From positions 1 through 38,815 of IMG/VR virus record IMGVR_UViG_3300037047_000294: a DNA stretch of 38,815 nucleotides; one strand, written 5' to 3'. Below the pieces are notes generated by a model. That model saw only the letters and a list, made by a program, of their open reading frames with translations. It was not told the origin of the DNA and did no database searches. Positions 1 to 9,068 of this stretch are shown here, one piece after another. The translations under genes were made by a program, and so were the position numbers. This stretch comes from a virus. Lineage: Duplodnaviria; Caudoviricetes. Every line of letters starts with the position of its first letter. The stretch's first letter is position 1.

Positions 1-2097
1 ATGCAGACAAAATTTACGATAAAAGAAATAGCTGATATATTAGGTTTTATGAAAAGAAGAATCATAAATCGTAAGCAGCGCGAGTCCTGGCAGCCGTGCG
101 GCGAGCGCGTCGAGAAGGGACAGAAGACGCCTGAGTACAGCTTGTTTTCAATCAGCCAGGACCTGCGCGAGAAGTTATTAGCGAAACTTTCGGTTGCCGG
201 CGCCGAAGCGTACACCGGGAAGCCAGTTCAGCCGGCGGTTAAAACTCACTCCACCCTTAAAGGCGTTGCGGCCGCGAGCAAGCCTCCGGCCGTGGCGCCC
301 CAAAAACTTGAATTAGTTAAGGCCGATCCAACCGCCGATCTCATTAAAACAGATGCCGCGCTGCCGGCGCTGACCGCCGTAAAATACAAAAATATAGTGG
401 AAGCGCCTGAACAGGCTAAAAGAATCGCGCTGGCTAAATACGAACTTGTAAAACTGCTGCTTGGCTACCGCGAGGCGCATCCGCTGGTTAAAAAAGGCGA
501 TTGCGACGCTAAATTTCTCGCCGCTTATAACTCCGCGGCGGCCTACACAATGATATACGGAATAATCGGTAAGGTGTCTATGCAAACGATATATGGATGG
601 ATGAGAAAACTCAAAGAAAATAAAAACGATTACTCAGCGCTTGTTCCCGGCTGGTATAATCCGGCCGGCCAGCCAAAAATACCCGAAGAAATACTTAAAA
701 TAATAGAACCGCTTGTTTTAAATCCTAACAAAATGAATATCGGAACGGCTTTTCGCCTTACTAAATACGAATGTAAGTCGCGCGGCATCGAGCTAAGCGT
801 ATCAGAAGCCACCGTGCGCCGCTATTTCGATTGGTTCCAGAAATGGAATTATGATACCTGGATACTGGCGCGCGAAGGCGAAAAAGCCCTCAAAGATAAA
901 GTCGCGACATTTATAACGCGAGATCCCGCGCTGCTCGATGTCGGCGAATGCCTCGTAGCGGACGGCCACCGGCTTTCATTCGAGGTAATTAATCCTTTCA
1001 CCGGCAAACCCTGCCGCGCTATGCTGGTCGCATATATCGACTGGAAAAGCTACGCGCTCTGCGGCTACGAAATTATGCTCGAAGAAAACACGCAGTGCAT
1101 AGCTTCGGCGCTCCGTAACTCGATAATTCATCTTGGCAAAGTGCCAAAGGTGGCTTATCAGGATAATGGAAAGGCTTTCAGGTCAAAGTTTTTCAATAAA
1201 ACAACGGATTTCCGCGAATGCGGATTTACAGGCTTATTCGAAAAGCTCGGCATTAAGCCGGTATATGCAGAACCTTATAACGCCAGGGCTAAAATAATCG
1301 AAAGATGGTTTTTGGAATTTCAGGAAACATTTGAACGGCTGCTGCCGAGTTTTACAGGCGCTAATGTCAACGATAAACCGGCATGGCGTATGCGTAACGA
1401 GAAGTTTCATAAAGCTAACAGAATAGACTTTACCCCCACAATCGAACAGGCGATCTCATACATAGAAAAATGGCGTGCGTTTCATTACGCGCAGCCGTGC
1501 CCGCACGCGGAAGGGCGTACCATAGGCGAAGTTTATGCTGCCGGCCGGGGCCCCAGAGTGAATGCCGCCATGCTTGACGATCTTATGATGGTTCAAAAGA
1601 CGGCGACTATATACCGCAACGGAATAAGGTTCCTCGGCGAGTATTACTACGATGAAGTCCTATACGGTTATAAGGGCGAAGCTATAATTAAATACAGCCT
1701 TTTTGACCTGTCACATATCAAAGTATATCTTACCGACGGCCGCTTTTTATGCCTGGCTAAGCGGAATGAAAAAATACATCCGCTCGCGGCGATTAGCGGC
1801 ACGGTGCAGGATGTTGAAACGCTCAAAGAGTCAATAAAGCGTCAAAAACGGCAGTTAAAAGATACACGCAAGCACGCGGCGGCCACGGTTGAAACGTTCC
1901 GCAAAGCTGGCTCTGATATTGAATGGAGCAAGCAGATCGAGGTCAAAGAAAAACGTGTGATCGCGGTAGCCGAAACCGCATATACCGAAGAAATAGCGCT
2001 GCCGCCGGAAAAGCCGGAAGAACCGCCATTGTTCACTTCATACAGCGAAAAGGAAGAATGGGAATACGAGCAGCGCATGAAAAGAAAAGCCGGTTAA
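1..2097 (+). CDS. Mu-type DDE transposase (MuA-like)
   Basis: N-terminal HTH; catalytic motifs LVADGH, YQDNGKAF and AKIIERWF; C-terminal GIRFLGEYY segment typical of Mu transposases. Confidence 0.95.
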   Translation: MQTKFTIKEIADILGFMKRRIINRKQRESWQPCGERVEKGQKTPEYSLFSISQDLREKLLAKLSVAGAEAYTGKPVQPAVKTHSTLKGVAAASKPPAVAPQKLELVKADPTADLIKTDAALPALTAVKYKNIVEAPEQAKRIALAKYELVKLLLGYREAHPLVKKGDCDAKFLAAYNSAAAYTMIYGIIGKVSMQTIYGWMRKLKENKNDYSALVPGWYNPAGQPKIPEEILKIIEPLVLNPNKMNIGTAFRLTKYECKSRGIELSVSEATVRRYFDWFQKWNYDTWILAREGEKALKDKVATFITRDPALLDVGECLVADGHRLSFEVINPFTGKPCRAMLVAYIDWKSYALCGYEIMLEENTQCIASALRNSIIHLGKVPKVAYQDNGKAFRSKFFNKTTDFRECGFTGLFEKLGIKPVYAEPYNARAKIIERWFLEFQETFERLLPSFTGANVNDKPAWRMRNEKFHKANRIDFTPTIEQAISYIEKWRAFHYAQPCPHAEGRTIGEVYAAGRGPRVNAAMLDDLMMVQKTATIYRNGIRFLGEYYYDEVLYGYKGEAIIKYSLFDLSHIKVYLTDGRFLCLAKRNEKIHPLAAISGTVQDVETLKESIKRQKRQLKDTRKHAAATVETFRKAGSDIEWSKQIEVKEKRVIAVAETAYTEEIALPPEKPEEPPLFTSYSEKEEWEYEQRMKRKAG

Positions 2098-2262
2098 TAA
2101 AGCGCATACAGCGTTTTCAATAAGAAAAATTAGATAATAATGAAAACAAATAACGACCCTTTGTGATGATTGACAATTAAATATGCGGAAAAAAATTTAA
2201 AAGCCATTTATTTAATAAATAAACAGGCCTTAAACGGCCTTTAATATAAAGGAGTGGAGTAC

Positions 2263-3150
2263 ATGTTAAAACAGGCTTTAAAAGAAGTTATGGAAGACCG
2301 GGGGTTTTCGCTTGGAAAGCTCAGCACTGCGCTGGCTATTTCGACATCGGCGTTGAGTCAGTGGTTAAATGACAGTTACGGCGGCAATGTAGAAAAAATT
2401 GAAACGAAGGTCAAAGGTTTTTTAGAGCATGAGCGCGAGAAATTAAGCGTGAAAAAAAGAAATTTTAAGTTTTGCATGACAACGACATCAAAAAGGATCT
2501 TCGAGATTGCCAGGCTGTGCCATATCAAGTGCAAACCGGGCGTTGCATACGGCAATTCGGGCATAGGGAAAACGACGGCCGCGAAAGAATACGTGCGCAA
2601 ATACCCTGCCACAATCCTTATTGAAGGCGATCAGACATGCTCGCTTAAAACGATATTGAGCACGCTGAACCGCAAACTCGGCTTTAGCGGCATAGGTTCG
2701 ACAAATTCGCTTTTTATGGAGTGCGTCGAAAAATTGAAAGATTCGGACCGGCTCATAATAATAGACGAAGCGGAATATTTAACGCCGCGAGTTTTAGACC
2801 AACTACGCCGGATATATGATCAGGCAAACATCGGCATTCTTTTTATCGGGATGCCGAGGCTTATACATAATATTCGCAAGCTGCGCGGCCCTTACGAACA
2901 AATTTTCAACCGCTCTATAGGTTTCGTCGCACAGCTCGATATTCCGAAATTATCCGATTTTGAGGCGCTGCTTGAAATGGTAGGCGAATCTAAAGAACTG
3001 GCTAAACAATATTACGATTCCAGCCAGGCTAATACGAGAATATTTGAAACGCTGTATGACCGATGCTATGATATGGCCGTAATTAACGATAGAACTATCG
3101 ACGGCGCACTAATAAAGAGCGTGGCGAATAAAATGATGTTAATGCAGTAA
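2263..3150 (+). CDS. MuB-like AAA+ transposition ATPase
   Basis: N-terminal HTH, Walker A GNSGIGKT, Walker B IIIDEAE; follows the transposase; ATG 2263 after a GGAG SD. Confidence 0.93.
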   Translation: MLKQALKEVMEDRGFSLGKLSTALAISTSALSQWLNDSYGGNVEKIETKVKGFLEHEREKLSVKKRNFKFCMTTTSKRIFEIARLCHIKCKPGVAYGNSGIGKTTAAKEYVRKYPATILIEGDQTCSLKTILSTLNRKLGFSGIGSTNSLFMECVEKLKDSDRLIIIDEAEYLTPRVLDQLRRIYDQANIGILFIGMPRLIHNIRKLRGPYEQIFNRSIGFVAQLDIPKLSDFEALLEMVGESKELAKQYYDSSQANTRIFETLYDRCYDMAVINDRTIDGALIKSVANKMMLMQ

Positions 3151-3191
3151 TAATCAATTAAACCGAAAGTAAAAACAATTAATAAGGAGCG

Positions 3192-3767
3192 ATGCAAATT
3201 ATGCAAAATACAGAACTGAAACTAAAAGCGAATATAAAAACGATAGCGGAAAAATCGGGGTTAAAATATAACACGGTTTTTAAAATATTACAGAAAAACA
3301 AGGTTGAACCGGCGCATTTCATGAAAGGGAAAAACAATAAAAAAGTAGGGCTTTATTATATTGACACGCTGCCTGCAAAAATACTTGAAGCGATAGAGGC
3401 TAATAAAGAGAATCTGGCGCGCGCCGGCGGAAATGATGAAAAGTATGAAACGGCGGAAGACCTCACGGATAAAACAGATAATCTTTTTGAAGTTACAAGC
3501 AATGATGCGGCGTATGAAGAGGGAAAATCCCGTCTGAGGACAATCGCCAGCGACGAAAATAACGAAGATAATATTTTCGACGCGGGCGATCCTGGCGCCG
3601 GTTTAGATCCTAACGGACAGGATATTGCAATATCTGCGGCTGATGAATATTTGCCTAATCCGTGCGTTAAATATATAACCGCCGATCTCATAGCATGGTT
3701 AGTGCAGCTCTACGGTGAAGAAACGGCAAAAGTGATATTGGAAAACGATTACGGCCTCGGTATTTAA
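3192..3767 (+). CDS. hypothetical protein, possible N-terminal HTH, acidic C-half
   Basis: AAGGAG SD; IKTIAEKSGLKYNTVFKIL resembles an HTH. Confidence 0.6.
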   Translation: MQIMQNTELKLKANIKTIAEKSGLKYNTVFKILQKNKVEPAHFMKGKNNKKVGLYYIDTLPAKILEAIEANKENLARAGGNDEKYETAEDLTDKTDNLFEVTSNDAAYEEGKSRLRTIASDENNEDNIFDAGDPGAGLDPNGQDIAISAADEYLPNPCVKYITADLIAWLVQLYGEETAKVILENDYGLGI

Positions 3768-3808
3768 AAAAATTAACAACGGGTAAATATTGAAATGAGG
3801 TGGTTAGG

Positions 3809-4279
3809 ATGATCGACAAAATAAAAGCTGACAAGCAGCAAATAAAAATGATTCATATTTTAAAATCGAAACTCGCCCTGAATGACGAAGAATACCGCGA
3901 GCATGTCGCGCAGTGCAATCAGCGCGGCATCCGGTCGAGTAAGGACATGACGCGCAGCGAAGCGCAAAACCTTTTATGGCGGTTGACTTCCATAGCGAAT
4001 GGTAAGGGCATCCGCTGGACGAACTGGCAGGGCGGCCGCAAAAAATACGACGATTTCGGCGGCCGCGACGAGCGCGCGACGCCTCTTCAGATGAGGAAAA
4101 TCGAGGCTATGTGGAAGGACGTTTCGTATATGACAACCGACGAGGCCCGTGAAACGGCATTCCGCAAGTTTATGGAAAAGCGGTTTCATGTGTCGGATAT
4201 ACGCTTCGTCACACAGGCAATGGTACATAAGATAATAAAAACGCTCGAAGCGATGAAAAGCTATAAGGAGGCGGCTTAA
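3809..4279 (+). CDS. gemA: GemA/Mu gp16-like (DUF1018) protein
   Basis: IKMIHILKSKLALNDEEYR, SSKDMT, QMRKIEAMW, IIKTLEAM motifs; early-operon position. Confidence 0.85.
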   Translation: MIDKIKADKQQIKMIHILKSKLALNDEEYREHVAQCNQRGIRSSKDMTRSEAQNLLWRLTSIANGKGIRWTNWQGGRKKYDDFGGRDERATPLQMRKIEAMWKDVSYMTTDEARETAFRKFMEKRFHVSDIRFVTQAMVHKIIKTLEAMKSYKEAA

Positions 4280-4522
4280 TTGGCTTTTAAAATAAATGAA
4301 GTGGTAACGCTTAAAGCAGTTAACGCCGATCGCGAAGCCTGTTATTTAACGGTGCGCGATTCCGCGGTTCGGTCTCAGACGCATCGAATAAAATTAACGC
4401 GGTTTCTTATGAATCAGGTAGCGAAGTTGAAAATAGGCCAGCGAATAAGGCTTGAAGGCGAATACGAAATCAATGCAGCCGAGATTAAGTATGAAATAAA
4501 TAGCGTAAAAAGCGAGGAGTGA
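4280..4522 (+). CDS. hypothetical protein (possibly OB-fold-like)
   Basis: AGGAGG SD before TTG; LKIGQRIRLEGEY resembles an OB-fold strand. Confidence 0.55.
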   Translation: MAFKINEVVTLKAVNADREACYLTVRDSAVRSQTHRIKLTRFLMNQVAKLKIGQRIRLEGEYEINAAEIKYEINSVKSEE

Positions 4523-4528
4523 GAATTT

Positions 4529-4759
4529 ATGATATTGACGGTATCTTTAAAGCACGAAGAAAAAGAAACAATTAAAGCGATGAACCAGAGCATTATCGGC
4601 GCGGAAAAATGGGTCGCCACGAATCCGGTCTTATCCGACGAAGTAAAGGGCTTTTACAAAATGATGCGTAACATCGTCGGCCAGATCGCGCGGCAGGTCG
4701 AACATTACGACCAGACAAACCGCCAGATAAGAGAAAGTATAAGAATAAAGGCAGCGTGA
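4529..4759 (+). CDS. hypothetical protein
   Basis: GAGGAG SD, tight operon packing. Confidence 0.6.
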   Translation: MILTVSLKHEEKETIKAMNQSIIGAEKWVATNPVLSDEVKGFYKMMRNIVGQIARQVEHYDQTNRQIRESIRIKAA

Positions 4760-4798
4760 AACAATAGGAAGCGCAAATAATATTAATGGAGGTTAATA

Positions 4799-5041
4799 AT
4801 GAATGAAAAAAAGGAAATAATGAACAGAAGCGACTATTTAAAGGTTATGTGTGATTATCAAACAATTCATGATCCTGAAGCCGAAACCACCCACGCGAAT
4901 AAAGCCTATATAGAAATTCAGGCATATTCACATAATGGCGAACATTATTTGATGGTGCCGAAAACTAAAGAAAACGTTGAATTTGCGCTTTATGTAGAGC
5001 GTTATAGAAATAAATTGCTTTTAAATAAAATCAAGGAGTAA
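4799..5041 (+). CDS. hypothetical protein
   Basis: GGAGG SD, operon context. Confidence 0.6.
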   Translation: MNEKKEIMNRSDYLKVMCDYQTIHDPEAETTHANKAYIEIQAYSHNGEHYLMVPKTKENVEFALYVERYRNKLLLNKIKE

Positions 5042-5043
5042 CG

Positions 5044-5208
5044 ATGAAAGCAGAAATTGAAATTAACGAAGACCAGTATGTGTTTTTAAACAGAGTCCTG
5101 CCGTTTGCGCCGGGTGTATATAATGAAGGCGAAGGAAGCCAGACGCACGAGCAGCTTGTCGAGTTGTCGCTCGACATTCTTAAACAGGTAATAAAAAACA
5201 GCCGTTAA
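5044..5208 (+). CDS. small hypothetical protein (54 aa, not in ORF track)
   Basis: AAGGAG SD; MKAEIEINEDQYVFLNRV...VIKNSR* fills the gap between neighbours. Confidence 0.6.
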   Translation: MKAEIEINEDQYVFLNRVLPFAPGVYNEGEGSQTHEQLVELSLDILKQVIKNSR

Positions 5209-5231
5209 GGTTTAAATCGGGAGGAAAAAGA

Positions 5232-5789
5232 ATGAAATCATTATCAGAAATCGAAGCCCAGACGAAGAAATTTGCGGAAGCTAATAATCAGTTGGCAAGC
5301 GTTATCGATGAAATGGAAACCGAGATCAACCGCATTAAAAAAGACTATTTAAAAAGGTTGCAGCCGCTCGCCGATGCGGTAAGCATTGAAAAAGCCCTTC
5401 TCAAAGTTATGATCGATGAAAGCCGCCTTATTTTCGTGAAGCCGAAAACATACGTTTTCCATGGCGTAAAAGTCGGTCTCCAGAACTCGAAAGGCACTAT
5501 CAAGGTTATTGACGAAACAAAAACCATCGAGCTCATCAAAAAAAATATGCCCGATATAGCGGAAAATATGGTAAAGACATCGGAATCGTTAATCAAAGAA
5601 TCGCTAAAGCTGTTATCTGTAAGCGAACTGGTGAAAATCAACTGCCATAAAACGAAGAGCATCGAGCAAGTGCTAATAAAATCCAATCGCGACGAGGTCG
5701 AAAAATTCATTGACGCAATGATAAAGGAAAATACCGAAAAATTAACCGAGCCGCTGGAAAACGACGAAAGCGAGCGTGAAGCGGCATAA
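5232..5789 (+). CDS. gam: Gam-like host-nuclease inhibitor
   Basis: N-terminal coiled coil then KPKTYVFHGVKVGLQ, Mu Gam-like architecture; early-operon position. Confidence 0.75.
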   Translation: MKSLSEIEAQTKKFAEANNQLASVIDEMETEINRIKKDYLKRLQPLADAVSIEKALLKVMIDESRLIFVKPKTYVFHGVKVGLQNSKGTIKVIDETKTIELIKKNMPDIAENMVKTSESLIKESLKLLSVSELVKINCHKTKSIEQVLIKSNRDEVEKFIDAMIKENTEKLTEPLENDESEREAA

Positions 5790-6037
5790 TGAAAACTAAG
5801 ATTATAACGGGCGGCGCCGGCGATGTCTTTTTATACGTCGATTTAAGGCCGCGAAAACATTTATGGGTGCAATTCGAAGCAAATGAGGTTATACAGATGC
5901 TCGATGAAGTAAAAAAATATCTTGATGAGTTATCTATTGAATATTGGGGTAAAGATGAATACGAGATAGCAGCGAAAATAGGGTATTCGGTGGAACTCAA
6001 AAAGAAAAACGAGGAAAAAAAGACCAATAAAAACTAA
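5789..6037 (+). CDS. hypothetical protein
   Basis: TAATG overlap with the upstream stop. Confidence 0.55.
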   Translation: MKTKIITGGAGDVFLYVDLRPRKHLWVQFEANEVIQMLDEVKKYLDELSIEYWGKDEYEIAAKIGYSVELKKKNEEKKTNKN

Positions 6038-6042
6038 AAATA

Positions 6043-6071
6043 TTGAAAATCATAAGATAATAGGTTATAAT
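6043..6071 (+). promoter_or_regulatory. sigma70-type promoter upstream of mor-like gene
   Basis: TTGAAA-N17-TATAAT. Confidence 0.7.
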
Positions 6072-6108
6072 TAAAGAAAGGCATAAATGCGAAAGGGCGG
6101 CGCACGTT

Positions 6109-6429
6109 ATGAATTGGATTAGAAAAATCGATAATTTAAAGGACATACTTGACGGTGATCCAAAAGATATCGCCGAATGCTGTGGAACCGAAGTTTTAAT
6201 TTCATTATGGGAAAATTTTCCGAAAATGAGCTTGTATATTTCAACCGGTTCGATAAAAAAAGCGCAGAAACAGTACGTCCGAAAATTCTTTAACGGCGTA
6301 AATGCCCGCGAGATCGCACGCGAACTTAACGTTTCGGAAAGATTTATTTATAAGGTCGCCGCCGGCGATGACTTCGAAGATGAAAACTCGACGCATACAA
6401 TGGATTTGTTCGGCGAAAAACGAGCATGA
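6109..6429 (+). CDS. mor: Mor/C family transcription activator
   Basis: IAECCG...LWENFPKMSLYI dimerisation region and FNGVNAREIARELNVSERFIYKV HTH. Confidence 0.85.
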   Translation: MNWIRKIDNLKDILDGDPKDIAECCGTEVLISLWENFPKMSLYISTGSIKKAQKQYVRKFFNGVNAREIARELNVSERFIYKVAAGDDFEDENSTHTMDLFGEKRA

Positions 6430-6449
6430 TCAAAAAAAGGAAATGGCGT

Positions 6450-6815
6450 ATGAACACACAAAAAATAGCATCAGAAAATAAAATTAGAAAGATCGAGCGA
6501 GAGCTACTCGCGGAACTCAAAAAAAAGGCAAAAAAATATATAAGTATGTCTACAATTTGTGGCGAGGTCGCACTATATGAAGCTGTGCTTGATCCAAACC
6601 AAAGTCGATACCACGGAAATTTTCCCGGCAGAATGCTCATAGCACTTAATAAAATTAAAATACTTAATTTGAGTTTTGACGAAGTATATGAAACCGTAAA
6701 AATCAATAAGGACGAATGGTATTCTTTTAATTGTTGTGAAAATTATGTTTTTTTGGTTGATGAACTGGCGGCAGAAAGGTTAATTGCAGTTTCAAATATA
6801 AAAGCCTTTCTTTAG
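6450..6815 (+). CDS. truncated paralogue of the 6993-7724 protein
   Basis: shares AELKKxAKKY, EVAxYEAV, LNLS and KINKDEWYSFNxCENY; ATG 6450 after AAGGA (6426 is an alternative start). Confidence 0.7.
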   Translation: MNTQKIASENKIRKIERELLAELKKKAKKYISMSTICGEVALYEAVLDPNQSRYHGNFPGRMLIALNKIKILNLSFDEVYETVKINKDEWYSFNCCENYVFLVDELAAERLIAVSNIKAFL

Positions 6816-6834
6816 TCTTAAAAAACAGAAAAAG

Positions 6835-6879
6835 AAAAAAACAAAAACCCCCTTGCCAACGCCGGCGAGGGGGTTTTTG
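6835..6879. terminator. bidirectional intrinsic terminator, copy 1 of a 45-bp direct repeat
   Basis: CAAAAACCCCCTTGCC-aacgcc-GGCGAGGGGGTTTTTG hairpin with A and T tracts. Confidence 0.9.
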
Positions 6880-6897
6880 TTTTGTTTAAATAACATA

Positions 6898-6925
6898 ATA
6901 AATGTAAATAAATGTAAATAAATGT
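6898..6925 (+). repeat. 10-bp tandem repeat ATAAATGTAA (about 2.8 copies) abutting the -35
   Basis: read directly. Confidence 0.8.
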
Positions 6926-6953
6926 TGACAAAGTATAAAAAAAATGTTATAAT
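6925..6953 (+). promoter_or_regulatory. consensus sigma70 promoter of the moron cassette
   Basis: TTGACA-N17-TATAAT with TGn extended -10. Confidence 0.9.
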
Positions 6954-6992
6954 CAAATTAAGAATAAGACAAAAAAACAATAAACAAAGGAG

Positions 6993-7724
6993 ATGGCGAA
7001 TATGAACGTAAAAGAAATGATCCAAAAATATAATATTAAATTGGCTTCCGACGGAGAACGTTTGTCGATACCGGCGACCGCCGAAGCGAAAAAAGCAATG
7101 CCTGAAATAGCGGCGGCTAAACCCGAAATTATTAAAGAAATTAAAAAAATAAAAGCAGAATTCGAAATTAGAAAAGCCGAAAGAGAAGCGGCTGAAGCTG
7201 TACGACTTGCAGAACTCAAAAAAACGGCAAAAAAATATTTATATTGGGCTCCCAATTGGTGCGAAGTAGCAATTTATGAAGCCGTGCCTGATCCTGATCA
7301 AAATAAATACAGCAAAGACTTTAATGGCAAAATGCTTGTGGCGCTTCCTGACGGAATTCAAAAACTTAATTTAAGCGTCGAAGAAGCGTATAAAATTGCA
7401 AAAATCAATAAAGACGAATGGTATTCGTTCAATGGTTGCGAAAATTATGCTTACCTGATTGACGAAAAGACAGCAACGGCCTTAACTCTTATTTCTAACG
7501 AAAAAACCAAAAATGAAAATGCCGCCTTCGAATCAGAAAAAATAGAAAAAGAAAAAAACAAAGCCGCAGTTTACGCGTCTGCAAAAGAAAGCGGAAAACC
7601 ACAAGTATTACAGATTTATACCGTCGAATGTGATGATCCGCGTGAGGAATGTTCTACCGACATAATAACAGTTTATGCAATGCCTGACGGAACAGAAAAA
7701 ACAGAAAGAAAACATACATGGTAA
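6993..7724 (+). CDS. hypothetical moron protein
   Basis: AAGGAG SD, own promoter; C-terminal ECDDPREECSTD...AMPDG...HTW motif. Confidence 0.8.
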   Translation: MANMNVKEMIQKYNIKLASDGERLSIPATAEAKKAMPEIAAAKPEIIKEIKKIKAEFEIRKAEREAAEAVRLAELKKTAKKYLYWAPNWCEVAIYEAVPDPDQNKYSKDFNGKMLVALPDGIQKLNLSVEEAYKIAKINKDEWYSFNGCENYAYLIDEKTATALTLISNEKTKNENAAFESEKIEKEKNKAAVYASAKESGKPQVLQIYTVECDDPREECSTDIITVYAMPDGTEKTERKHTW

Positions 7725-7736
7725 AAGGAGCTTTAA

Positions 7737-7931
7737 ATGCCAATTAAACAACCCGATAAAATAATAAAAATAGGAAAAATGACATTATATAGCGGCGAGT
7801 ATATCGCCGATAAACTGGGCGTGACCATGCATACGGTATGCGCCATGCTTCGGAAAGGAACCATAAAAGGCCACAAAATGGGCGGTAAATGGTTTGTATC
7901 GGAAAAAGCAATAAAAGAATATTTTAATTAA
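7737..7931 (+). CDS. small excisionase-type (HTH_17-like) DNA-binding protein
   Basis: YIADKLGVTMHTVCAMLRKGTIKGHKMGGKWFV. Confidence 0.8.
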   Translation: MPIKQPDKIIKIGKMTLYSGEYIADKLGVTMHTVCAMLRKGTIKGHKMGGKWFVSEKAIKEYFN

Positions 7932-7974
7932 AAAAACAAAAACCCCCTTGCCAACGCCGGCGAGGGGGTTTTTG
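7930..7974. terminator. bidirectional intrinsic terminator, copy 2 (identical to 6835-6879)
   Basis: same 45 bp; lies between convergent genes. Confidence 0.9.
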
Positions 7975-7983
7975 CTTTAAAAG

Positions 7984-8409
7984 TTAATAACCTGCCATGG
8001 CCTGGGTTTCTATTGTATCGGCCGCGATTGCGTGGATTGCTGTTACTTTTGTTTCGAAGGCGATCGTACCGCCAGCCGGAACCTTATAGCTTACCTCCAG
8101 TGTGGCCGGGGCGTCAAAATTAATGTATACGGGGCACGTGTCAGCCAAATTTGTAAAAGACCAGCGGCGGGCGCTCGAACTGAAGGTTAATACGGATTCC
8201 GTGTCGGGCGCGAGAGTGGCTTTTTTAAACTCAGTGGTCGCGCAGCCGGATACGGTTTTAAGCGCATCGGTGTCGTCATCGAGAGCGATGTTTAATACCT
8301 GATCAGTCGTTTTAAACGATGACGCCGTTGCCGGCGCGAACTGGAATGTAAACATGCACGCTACGATAAGAATAAGCGCGATTAACGAGGGGATTAACGT
8401 TTTCAACAT
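7984..8409 (-). CDS. exported beta-rich hypothetical protein
   Basis: AGGAGG SD; signal-peptide-like N-terminus ending APATA; last gene of the packaging block. Confidence 0.7.
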   Translation of the reverse strand: MLKTLIPSLIALILIVACMFTFQFAPATASSFKTTDQVLNIALDDDTDALKTVSGCATTEFKKATLAPDTESVLTFSSSARRWSFTNLADTCPVYINFDAPATLEVSYKVPAGGTIAFETKVTAIHAIAADTIETQAMAGY

Positions 8410-8460
8410 AAATTCACCTCCTTCATATTAAAATGCGTTTAAGTGCGTTTTAAACGCCGT

Positions 8461-9066
8461 TTATTTAGTGCTTAAATAATCGATGAAATTGTTAAGCCGA
8501 GGCGAAAGGTAATAAGCTGTAAAACGCCTCATTATGCCACCCATATCGCTGTCGGTAAATTTTAAAAATGGCCTGGCCTTTATTTCGACTTTATATGCTC
8601 CTATGGCCGATTTCATTCCATAGCTCGCTTTTGTATTGTTTTTAGCGAACAAAGTTTTGCCTTTGCGTTTGCCGCTTTTATATTTTTTAAAGTGAAGAAT
8701 ATTTGTGCGCGCCGGAATGTTTATAGTGCCGCCGTGCTGATGTATAGGTGCATAATCTAAATTACTGCCGACAACGGCCTGCGTCGCGTCCGATTTTTCG
8801 GTTATCGTTCTTCTTAAATCGCCTCTATATTCAAGTATTTTTAAATCGCCCTTTTTTTTCTTTTTAGCTTTATATTTAGCATAAGCCGTATTTAATGCTT
8901 TCCAGCCAGGCCGGCCCTGCTGTTCGAAGTTTTCTTCAACGGCATTGTGCATGTCGGCGGCTACCTGCCGCATTAACGGCCTCAAATTTTGGCCGCGATC
9001 AACCATTAATGTCATTAATTTTTGGATTTTTTCAAGATATTTCATATTGATTTCTATAGGCTGCAT
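8461..9066 (-). CDS. Mu gpG-like virion morphogenesis protein
   Basis: NFEQQGRP.WK.L, VVGSNLDYAPIHQHGG, IKARPFL. Confidence 0.9.
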   Translation of the reverse strand: MQPIEINMKYLEKIQKLMTLMVDRGQNLRPLMRQVAADMHNAVEENFEQQGRPGWKALNTAYAKYKAKKKKKGDLKILEYRGDLRRTITEKSDATQAVVGSNLDYAPIHQHGGTINIPARTNILHFKKYKSGKRKGKTLFAKNNTKASYGMKSAIGAYKVEIKARPFLKFTDSDMGGIMRRFTAYYLSPRLNNFIDYLSTK

Positions 9067-9068
9067 AA

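Noticed and set aside
2098-2262. Promoter in the A-B gap (TTGACA at 2170)
   Set aside because: No acceptable -10 at 16-18 bp spacing
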